A stretch of DNA of 63,754 nucleotides, filler included, from Intoshia linei (Eukaryota > Animalia > Orthonectida), in assembly GCA_001642005.1 (NCBI GenBank). It is 7 parts of 7 records of this genome, joined end to end, with 100 filler letters (N's around TTAATTAATTAA, not from the genome) between each part and the next. Parts side by side here need not be neighbours in the genome. Positions count along the whole stretch, not along the records: positions 22,404 to 45,699 come from LWCA01000564.1; positions 45,800 to 57,528 come from LWCA01001149.1; 5 more parts are not named here. One strand, written 5' to 3'. This document shows, one piece after another, positions 39,701-50,331 of the stretch. Each line of letters opens with the position of its first letter. Position 1 is the first letter of the stretch. The notes under the pieces were generated by a model, which searched no databases, was not told the origin of the DNA, and saw nothing but the letters and a program-made list of their open reading frames with translations. A program made the translations under genes and the position numbers.

Positions 39701-42700
39701 AATTATTACATATTATTATAAATTATTATTACGCTCGTTACGTAGAGAGTGTTAGATTTGTGTTAGGAGTGTAGTACATCCTTACTTATATAATATGCTA
39801 TGCAATATTTGTTTGTGTTTGTGTGTGTTCCACTTTATTGAAATAACTATCAGTCTTAGAATTTTATACAGTCTACATTTCAATTACAGTTTTTCCAGGG
39901 GTGTGAGAAAAATAAATTTCAACCTCCCAAATTCACATCTTACGGGTCAAAAAGCCCATTTGTCCTTTTTTATAAAAATCAAACAAGTTTGAGAATTTAA
40001 AAATATATATACTTTGATACGGATTTTAAAATTATAAATATTAGCATACATTTAAATTTAAAAAAAATATATCTTTAGGGCCAAAACCACAAATTACCTT
40101 TTTTATTTAATGAAAATAACCCTAGAATTTAAAAGAATTTACAGGTGGTACAGTTGTATCCTGTTGAAAAACACAAAAAATTTCATTCTGATTAAGTGAC
40201 GCCTTCACGGTCAAAAAAACACTTTAGTATTCATATATTTTTATTTGGTAACTATTTTATTGAAACAAAAAATTTGAAATAATGAATGGTCATAAAATTT
40301 AAAAAACGATTGTTCTGATACAGCTTATTCTAGTTGATATAATTATCAAATTTCAACCCCAGAAATTTACGCATTCACGGTGAAAAATAATTTTTAATAT
40401 ATTATCAACCAATTTTTTTCAAATGTTGGATTAAAATTAAAAATGTAAATAATCCTACAATTTCAAAAAAAAGTGCATTGAACGTTAAAAGCGTTCAAAT
40501 TTCGATTTAAATAGGATAATGTTTACTAGTACTTAAACGAGTTTCACTTTAGTACATAGTATATAATATATAATGGGGCGTTAACGAATTTTATGGTTGT
40601 AAGGGGAAATTTTTATATATCTCATAATCAGTTGAATCAAAAAAAATTTGATTATTTATTGAATAAATTTTAAAATACATATTATACAAAATAGTCGAAA
40701 ATTTTTTCAAATGTGTTAAAAAAATATATTGTCAAATGGGGTGGTAGACCAATTCAATTTGGGAATCACTGATATACAGTGTAATACATCAGAGTCTGTA
40801 CTACAGATACATATGTAATGGTAATGGTAATATACCGGAACTTCTTTTGGAAATTTATCGTCATTGCAAAGCTGAATGTTTCTCATACTTTCAATGCTAC
40901 TATCCAGGTCGACAGAGTACCTTGATTTATCGCTCAATATACTGTCACGGGTAATTTCTTAAAAATACATTTATGATTGTTAAAAATAATTTTTTTAGTA
41001 AAAATATTCTACTACTGTATTAAACTACAACAAACAGTGTCTTGTCAATGCCTAACTGGACAGAAGAAATCATTGAAAAAGGATTAAGTGTGCCACGCAG
41101 AGTCGAACGGACAGTACACGATTAATTAAAAATTTTTGTAAAATTAAAAATTTAAAAAAAAAATATTTCACAAACTCTTTTTCTTTCTGTTTTTTTATCT
41201 CCGTAACACCATTAATTTTGTACATGTAATATCAAATTCAGATCATTAAATCAGTTTCAACTTTATTTGTTGCACAGCTTACGCCAGTCGCACCCAAAGT
41301 GGTCCACATGTGGACCACTGGTGATCCACAAGAAAAATTTTAAATAATATGAAGATAACCTTTTTTAAAATAATAATAATAAATTAGAATTGTATCGATC
41401 ACATGTTATTATTATTAGTGAACGTAAACATCATTTAATCAAAATAAAGTGAAAATTTACTGAATAACGTGAATAATTTTCATATGCGTTAAATTTATTT
41501 TATGTAACGATTTAACTTAGTTCGATAGTAGTTTCCGGAATCGAACCTATCAAACCCGTCGCCACTTCAAAAATGAAAAATAGCCCATTAAAAAAATTGT
41601 AAACGAATTATGTCATATAACCATATCCACCTTTCTAAGACTCTTGAGTTCACATTTTAAATTTAACACTCAAATTAGATGATATTCAAGGATTTTCTAA
41701 TACTCAATTTAATTAATTCAAGCTTCTATTTTAAAAAAAAAATTTCGTCGAGATCCTTCTACCGAGGGATCTCGCATACAGCACTGGTAATTCGCAATAA
41801 GTATGTTTGAAATTAAGAATTTTTTTAATTACGCCATATAAGCTACCTTGTCCAAATTAATGTAAAATTTTTGATTTAAGGAGGAATATATAATAAAAAA
41901 ATCAAATATTACCTTAGTGACGTGTTCAGGATTAAGGGGATTTTTTAAAAAAATTATGTGGTCCAGACACATTTTTTTGGTGACAAGTGGTTCATGGTGG
42001 AAAAAGTTTGGGAACCACTGGCTTACGCAATAAAAAAACCCCAAAGAGCTAATAGATATTTTATTACGACGAATTACTTAATATCTTACAAATTTTGTTT
42101 ACTTAAAAAATTACTTTAAAAAAATTAATATATAAAAACTAAATTTATAATACAATTTTTCGAGATTATTGTGTTTATTCAAGGTTCATTTACAAAAATT
42201 GAGTCCTTTAACACAAAAAACCCAATTTGCCTTTTTTTATTATAATAAAATCATTACTAGAATTTAAAAAACATAAATTCTGGGTCACGTTATGAAGTCA
42301 TTCATATTTTCGTAAATTTTAGTCTCAGAAACATCTTAATAATCAAAACCACAAATTACCTTTTATTTTAAAAATGAAGAATGTCCCAAAATTTTATAAA
42401 ACATGAATTCTGGGATAATTTTTAAGATCATTAGCATTATCATACATGGCCGTACGGCCGCATACTGCCACAAGAGCGTTTTTATCAATTTTAGTATTTT
42501 ATGAATTAACCGTGATAATTTTCAGTCAAAATAAATTTAGTTGATCCAATTTCATTTTGACATTTTTGAATTCCATAAAATTTTAAAATATCAAATACAG
42601 TTTGAGGGTTTTCTTGTTGTTCTTCATGGGTGATATGGGAAGTTGCCATAATATTTTCATATGAAGCCATAATTTCCTAGAAAAATTGTTTATATTTAAA

Positions 42701-44004
42701 AATTAGTCGTAATTATTCATTTAATAGTCATAAATATTTAAGATAAGAATCATTACCTGTCACCCATTAATTTACAATGTAATAGCAAAAATAAAATCAA
42801 AAAATCGATGAAAAATCAATCATATAATGAAAAATGATCAATGTAAACTACTAATTTTAGATCTTTTTATTAATATTGATAAAAATGATCAAAAGTATTT
42901 ATTTCGTTATATTTAATTTGTCAATTTCACCCTAACTGTGGGTGCACTGAGCATGCGTACAAAGAGTTACCACTCTATCCTAATATGTACATTATTAGTT
43001 ATAATTTATTACACACAATTCGAAAATTTATGAGTCAACACTGTCAGTCAGTCGTTTGATTAAAAAAAGCAACTTGATAAAAATATGTAAACATTAGAAT
43101 GTTTCAAGGTATAAAACTAATGGATAGTTTAGTGTAGATTTTACACTGTATAAACTATTTAGGTTTATGTAAGAAATTCAACGGTGAAAAAACACCCCAG
43201 GAAACATATACAATAAGTAAGGCATTTGTAAGTGTAGTAAGTATTTTATATATAATGGACAATGTCTATTAACATATAAGGTATATAAATACTACTGGTT
43301 TGCTTGAGAGGCTGAGTTTATCGCTAGACATTGTTGCTTCGCTTTTTATTCCTTCGTCCATTTTATTTGAAAATAATTCTATTTTATTGACATATATGTG
43401 AATAAATTTATATTATATTTATAGTAAATTGCAAAAATTTGGCGTAAAGAATAATTATATTAGATGGATGATTCCAGTAAAAATTTGTCTTTGTGAAAAT
43501 TAAAATTATTTAAAAATTTAGGAATATATATTATAACACGGATATATTATCTAATAAAAAATAAAATATTAAAATAAACTAACAAAATAGGAACGAAAAT
43601 TTTTGTCGATATTTATATACTTTCTACTATAATACACCAAATTTGTGTATGGATTGTTTTGCAATTTTGTAGAATTTTCACGAATGTCACAATGAAATCA
43701 TCCATGATACAAATACTATATAGTCCAACTTAAAAATGTACTCTTTTTTTTTGAATTCTTGGGTACATCAGGTAAAGGTCGTGAATAATTTGAAATTTGT
43801 TTTTTATAGCTACATAAATATTTTAAATAATTAATTTAAAATTATTATTTAAAAAAACTTTTATTTACAAAAAACTGGCCAATCTCGTAGGTGGAGACGG
43901 TGCTTCACTACTCTGTTTTCTTCTATTTATGTAATCTTTTGACTAGAAATGAAAATTTTATTACGATATGTTATGTTGAAATTGATATATACTTTTTCGT
44001 CCAT
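36784..44004 (-). CDS. PAK: Group I p21-activated kinase (Ste20 family), many exons
   Basis: APSPPTR and SRPLPDVP N-terminal motifs; [22 protein letters not shown] inhibitory segment; VGQG|ASGLV, VAIKKM, HR|[42 protein letters not shown]; stop at 36784-36786. Confidence 0.93.
37080..37519 (-). mobile_element. Complete 440-bp non-autonomous Helitron-like element in PAK intron
   Basis: Minus strand reads A|TCTTTACTTATATAA...hairpin..CAGTCAACCTAG|T, i.e. inserted in an AT dinucleotide with no TSD. Confidence 0.88.
39779..40528 (+). mobile_element. Helitron-like element in PAK intron
   Basis: A|TCCTTACTTATATAA..TTTGTTTGTGTTTGTGTGTG; subrepeats; ends TACTAG|T (a different 3' end from other copies). 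Confidence 0.75.
41285..42020. mobile_element. hAT (Charlie-like) MITE in PAK intron
   Basis: Ends CAGTCGCACCCAAAG / GTTTGGGAACCACTG; perfect 8-bp TSD GCTTACGC (41277-41284, 42021-42028). Confidence 0.9.
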
Positions 44005-44563
44005 TTCAAATCCAGTTGAATCACAAGTAAAAGTACAAGTTAAATATTTATTTAAATTGTTATCAACTTGAATTAAAATTTTTTCTTGTATTTATTTTAA
44101 GACGTTCATTGCAATAATTATGTTTAACACTAACTTAGCACTAGTATCATCAGATAAGGCATCAATTTAACATATTAAAATGTATTATTCAAGTTAACCC
44201 TTTTTCTCTTTGAGTCACTGTACCAGTGATTCTCAGCAGATTGAGCAACACGGTTGGTATCCAGTAAATATAGTTGGAAAAATTTGTATTAGCTGTTTAT
44301 TTTTGTGATTTGTTTTAAAATTATTGATGTATTACTTTTTTTAATTTTTAAAATTATATGGTAAATATGGGTTTTCAGTATGAAAGTACAAATTTCTGAA
44401 ATTTAAATTACTTTTACTTTCTGCACAGAAAAAAAATGACTTTGAAATTATGTTTTGTAACTTTCTAAACTGTTTTGTAAATGAATGTTTACTCACTCGG
44501 ACACATTTTTTGCAAATTTTTTACTTTATACAAGGTGGGATATTTTTTTATTCATTTTTAAAA

Positions 44564-44630
44564 AAGAGGTACCAGGATTTGAACCAGGGACCTCTGAATC
44601 TGCAATCGAATCCTCTACCGCTATACCCCT
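44564..44630 (-). pseudogene. tRNA-Cys(GCA), degenerate (5-nt deletion in D arm)
   Basis: AGGGGTATAGC-----GGTAGAGGATTCGATTGCAGATTCAGAGGTCCCTGGTTCAAATCCTGGTACCTCTT plus T-run; acceptor and T stems pair, D stem broken, anticodon stem mismatched. Confidence 0.8.
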
Positions 44631-46395
44631 TGTAGATATTAAAAAAATAAATTATGTAAATAAATTAGATATACGTAAACGGTATATATGAAAAGATATA
44701 TATACTATTTAATGCTCCGACTAATTTAATAGTTTCAGCGTCTAATTTAATATTTATAACGCATAATTTAATTAATTTAACATTATTTAATACATACTGT
44801 GGTCGACTAATTTAATGCTTAAGCGTGTAATATAATTATTGTAATATCTAACTGAATATTCGAAACGTTTAAATCAATTTATAAATTTCTGTGGATTACT
44901 ACAAATCAACATTTTTGGTGATTTTTTGTCGTATTTTTAATTTGAAGTTTAAAGCTTTTTTTATGACTGGAAACTTGGCTTGGTCATAAATTTTAGTAAA
45001 ATAATTAAATAAAACCACTGCTCCTAAAATAGAACCATGGAGGTTTCCCACTAAGTTTTTACACTTGTAAGTCATTTAATTTAATAATTAAAGAATTTAC
45101 TTTTACATGATTTGCACGTTTTATATTATTATTTTGAGCCTTGATGTTTTAAAAACGATTTTATGTTACTGAAAATGTTTATAATATTTAATAAATATAT
45201 ATAATTTTCATGGACGCCAAAAAAGTGCTGTAGACCCCGTTGAGAATGCCTGTTCTATACGACATAGATATTCAAAGAAAAATTTATGATAGATAAAAAA
45301 AATAAATAATGGAGGAAAGACATATAAATGAAATTTGTCACAATGTGTGAAACATTGCATTTGCACAAATCGAGGGTTACATATATTTAAAAATTAATGT
45401 AAGGTAAAATTTATTAATGTAGAACATTATATTGTTTATCAATTCTAAAACGAATTATTTGCAAGTTTATTTGATCAATACGCATTTCTTTTCGCTTGCA
45501 AGGTGCCTTTCTCGAATGAATTACTGATTTCTGAAGCTATATTAATATTAAGATTATAAAAATGCATAGTATATACATTATTATGAAAAATTTTGATTTT
45601 TGATATTAATAAATTGTTATAATCATTTTATTGTATTATAAATTATATTAAATATTAAATAGTAAAAAGTATCAAAAACAATTAAAAAAAATATTTTTAN
45701 NNNNNNNNNNNNNNNNNNNNNNNNNNNNNNNNNNNNNNNNNNNTTAATTAATTAANNNNNNNNNNNNNNNNNNNNNNNNNNNNNNNNNNNNNNNNNNNNT
45801 TAAATAAATTATTGTACCTATTTTGCTGTAAATTAGAAAGCGTTAGAGCACTTGTGTCGCATGTTTTTTTCGACTTTTTTTTCATTACATTTATACATAA
45901 TTACACAATTTAAAATTCGGGGCAATAACTGATATACCATATTATTATAGTATTGAAAAAATTAGATTATAATTCCTTTTAGTTTTCTTTATATTTCAAT
46001 ATAATACAGATGCTCTAAGGTTTTGTTGGAGTGTATAGTAAAGTTTAACTTATTACATGTATACAATACTACGTATATATTTACTGAACGTTTTATAAAA
46101 ATTTTATATTTTATAAAGTTTTGCCGGTGACAATTTTTATAAATTATAATTCTCAATTAAGAAACATAAATAGATTATAAAATTAAAAGGTATTAATGAA
46201 ACTATTTGGAATTGTAAATTTAATTTGTTATCAAGTTACCACATTAACATTATCAAAAAATAAAAAATGTAATGGTGCAATTTATACCATAAATATTGAC
46301 AGGTAATATTTATATTTATTTGAATATACATTTGTTAATTTCATGCAATCTGGTCAAATTCAAGTCATTATTGTAATATTATGTAATGTAAAATC

Positions 46396-47414
46396 TTATT
46401 CCCAACAAATTATAATTGTATTATTGTGTATTAACTGTATATTTACTTCAATTTCTTTATTTTTCAAATCCTCTATTAATTTTTCATTTTTTCTTAACAT
46501 TTCAAAATTTTGTGTAGAATTAGTTTTATAATTTTTTATTCTCATTTTTTCCTTCAATAATGTAAAACTTTCATCAAGTTCCAAATAAGCTTGTTTATAT
46601 TTTGAAATTTCCTTTTCACAGTTCATAATAGCTTCTAAAATAACAAATAACATGTTAAAAAATTATAGAGACAATACAAAATCTATTTTCAAAAATATAA
46701 CACACCATTATCATATAAAGCCACATCTCTTGTTTTTTCTTTATCAGATATTTCTTTAGAATCTAATTTTGTAATATTTCGTAAATGAACCAAAACGAAA
46801 CTTTGATAATGTGACAAGGTGGAAATGGCATTTCCGACAAAGCCAACGTGTGTCAAATTGGACAATAAATGTAGTTTTCTAATTTCATCAATCTAAAATT
46901 TCTTAATTAATACTAATTTCATTTGTAATTTTTAATGTGTACAAAATTTACCGATTCAATTCTATTGTGGCACAAAGTAAACACGTTTAAATGAGATAAT
47001 TTTTTTTGAAACCAGGTTGGAATAGTTTCAATGTTGTTATGATTTAAATTTAAATTTTTCAACAAGATTAAATGTTCCAAGTTTTCAATTTTTGAAATTT
47101 TATTAAATGACAAATTTAAATGTGTAAGGTTTGTTAAATTTTTAATGTTATCTATTTTTTCAATAATATTAAAAGAAATGTTTAATTTTTTTAAATTTGT
47201 CAATTTTTCTAATTTTTCAAAATACTAAAATTGATATTAATATTAATTTTAATTATTGAATTACCTTGAATTTTTTATTTGTGTCATTAACTAAATTTAA
47301 ATTTAAGGTTTCTACTAAGTGGAAATCTTTTTTGCATAGTTTTTGTATTAAATCATAGGTAATGTATCTTACGCCAAAACTTTCAAAATTTTTTAAATAT
47401 TCCGTTTCATTCAT
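46396..47414 (-). CDS. CNTRL: Centriolin-like protein (LRR N terminus plus start of coiled coil); 3' end uncertain
   Basis: GVRYITYDLIQKL..LNLNL..KKFK|YFEKLEK..LNLSFNKISKIENLE..IETIPTWFQKKL..LSHYQSFVLVHLRNITKLD matches the centriolin N terminus as recalled; continues toward the gap at 45700. Confidence 0.82.
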
Positions 47415-47756
47415 TTTTTTAATTTAATTAAAGGATTTTTATGTTTTATACTTTCTTTTTTATTTTTCTGTTTCACAGTATGTTGTTTAATATTGGATAC
47501 CAATTTTTACTAAAAATTAATTGTGAATTTATTAGTTGGTTACGAAATAACAGTCGTAAATTACGACTCGTAATTACTCAATTTAGATTTATAACGTCAT
47601 TTACAGTTACGATTGATATGTCAACAATTTACTCGTTAAAATCTTCCGTATTTGTTTAATGTTCACTTGAGTGTATCCTAGACTTGCAATTTTTATATAC
47701 AATATGTACTGTTATATCTTATTTCAATATTCATAATGTGGTTATATAAATCAACC

Positions 47757-48010
47757 AGCTTGGCTGTTTTGTACTACGTACAGACAGCACCTAGCTCTGT
47801 CGAAAGCACTCTTTTATTATACCAAAAAAATAAATTCACGTTGAAAATCTAACTTAAAAATCTTTTTATCCTATCCTAATTTATATAATATGCGACGCGA
47901 TTTTTGTTTGTCTGTGTGTGTGTCCTACTTTAATGAAATAACTAGCACTCTTAGAATTTTTTAAAGACCACATTTCAATTACTGTTTTTTCCGGGCGTAT
48001 AAGATGTTGA
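47757..48010. mobile_element. Helitron-like 3' module (-) abutting a 5' module (+)
   Basis: 47757-47860 is the reverse 3' hairpin module; from 47869 TCCTATCCTAATTTATATAA..TGTGTG 5' module. Confidence 0.7.
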
Positions 48011-48054
48011 GTTTGTAAATCATATATTAGGGAAAATTTTGCAAATTTAAATGC

Positions 48055-48126
48055 GGCCCATTAGTGTAGTGGTAAGCACAGTGCACTCTGAATGCGCAGA
48101 CCCGGGTTCGAGTCCCGGATGAGCCA
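48055..48126 (+). tRNA. tRNA-Gln (anticodon CTG)
   Basis: Cloverleaf GGCCCAT TA GTGT AGTGGTAA GCAC A GTGCA CTCTGAA TGCGC AGAC CCGGG TTCGAGT CCCGG ATGAGCC A, followed by a T-run Pol III terminator. Confidence 0.9.
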
Positions 48127-48635
48127 TTTTTTTTATTGTATATAAATATGCTAATAATACCACTATGAATATTACGGTCATACAAAAATATGTTTCATCG
48201 CAACTTTGCAAGCATTTTAGTGATGCAATATAAATTTTAAAGTTCAAATTTAAATCAGTAATACTCAACAGATGTAAGAGAAATACTATTTATGTTTATT
48301 AAATTAACGCTTTGATGGTCAAAATATCACACAATATGATATACAATAGATTACTAATCTATAATACATTGTATATTGCTATATTAACTGTGTACTGTGT
48401 TAATATTGCTGTTAAAAAAATTATAAAATTAAAAGTTGATACAATTTTTTCTATAATTTATTTGAATCTCACTCCCTAAGGCATATAGTTTTGGACCGCT
48501 AGGGACCAAATCGGAAACAACTGCTGTAAAATAACAAATGCCCAAAATTTGACATTATATAAAATTTTAATTCCCAATTTAATTTAAATAATAGTTTATT
48601 AGAAATTTAAGTTTTTCAATTATCGTAAATTCGTG

Positions 48636-49885
48636 ATGAATTTTTTTAAAACTGTGTTTGGATTAAGCAAGAATGTTAGATTTTATTCTAAGATATCATC
48701 ATTTAGAATACCCAGTACATTAGTTGTTAATTGTAGAAAATTTTCTGGAACTAAACGTAATATATTACAATTAACTTGTACTTAGTACCGACGAGATAAT
48801 TTTTACTTATTACCTTGTCACATTGTTTTATAGATTTGTGGATAAACCAGCCATTCTGAAATGCCAATTTTGTGAAAAATTTTCATATATTAAATGTGAT
48901 AAATTCACACTGAAGGTTGTCACATATTTTTTTACTTTATTTGTTTTGATTTTTTTAAAAGTGTGGAACCTATAATTAAAATATTAAGCATTATTGTGGT
49001 ACGATTGAGGTTAAGTGAATACATTTTAAAGCAACAATCTGATCAATTATTTATTTACTATTAGATAAAGTCGTACATTACATTGCAGCTTATTTAGAAA
49101 ATGAAAATATCTCGAAATGCTTACGAGACGAAATTAACGAAATTGAAAAGTTTGAACAAAGTTTACCGTCAAGTATCTCCGACTTTAAAATATCGAAAGA
49201 CAATGGAAAAGTGAAATGTATCAATACATACAACCAAGAAGAGTATACCTTACAAAATGCATTTACCTTATTTTTAGAGTATCAGTAGAATCACATGTAA
49301 ATTCTTTGTCGTTTGATGACGAAAATGATGAAATGGGCGAAATTAATGAAGATTCACCAGAACAAGTTCAATAATGTTATATTACATAAACAATGTTTTT
49401 AGTTCATCTCAAAGCCAAATTTTGTAGTTACTATACAAAAATCTTTTAATGAAATCTTATCATTTGATTGTTCATATATTGAAGAAGCTGAGGACAAAGA
49501 AAGTAATTTAATCAATACTTTTCTTATTAATTTTTTGTTACTTTTTGATGTCAACGGGATCCATATCCATATTTCATTTGGTTTTAATTAATATTTTATA
49601 ATTTTCATATTTAGATTGCAATACTTTCCAAATTGATACAATCAGTTTTATCAACAAAACTAACGATGAGCCATATTATGTAGATCCATCAATGATGACC
49701 GAGGTTAATTTTAAATAATTGTTTATATTTATACATTTTAGAAAATGTATGAAATGTTTATCCAATGTTTAAAAACTCGGGGAATCAATTCAAATTTTTT
49801 GAATGAATTTTCAGAGTATATTGATAGTTATGAACGAAATTGTTACACAGAATTTTTGAAAAAATTAGAAAAATTTAAACTTTAA
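48636..49885 (+). CDS. C1QBP: Mitochondrial acidic matrix protein p32 / MAM33 family
   Basis: Basic presequence MNFFKTVFGLSKNVRFYSK; LRDEINEIEK; SKPNFVVTIQK..LSFDC; MYEMFIQCLKTRGINSNFLNEFSEYIDSYERNCYTEFLKKL*. Confidence 0.88.
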
Positions 49886-50331
49886 TACACTGTATAATTA
49901 TTGCGATTTTGTTGACTGTCAAGATGATATCTGAGTGTTACATGATTAGACTTGACATTTTTCGAAACTTTTCATTATCTTCCCATATACGCCTTAATTT
50001 TTTTAGTTGTTATATTATGCATAAAAACAACCAATCCAGCACTTATTTTTCGATATATCAACCATTAGATTCATAATATAATATAGAATACTCATTAATA
50101 ATGTACATTGTACAATCAGTACTTTTATACAAATACGAAAAAATCAATTGCCATTAAATCTTAAATATAGTCCCCATACAAATTATTAAATTTAACTAAA
50201 ATATAGAATTTCACATTTTATGATGAAAAATAGATGAAAATACACTGGAGTAGTATATTAATATTCATCAATGATAAAAAAATATAATTTTAATCAATAA
50301 AATATGTTAGATCAAGAATATAAACACTAAT

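Noticed and set aside
43161-43195. [10 protein letters not shown] as the missing PAK CRIB
   Set aside because: Only P..F.H match. It lacks IS and the second H-V-G, is followed by a stop, and has no nearby splice acceptor or donor linking it to the next PAK exon
13527-47414. Functional cluster of cilia/centrosome genes (tektin, RP2, dynein LIC, centriolin)
   Set aside because: Interspersed with unrelated genes in mixed orientation and separated by gaps; no evidence beyond chance
48047-48268. 73-aa ORF on the minus strand
   Set aside because: Antisense reading of the tRNA-Gln gene; the ORFs at 44450-44691 likewise overlap the tRNA-Cys remnant
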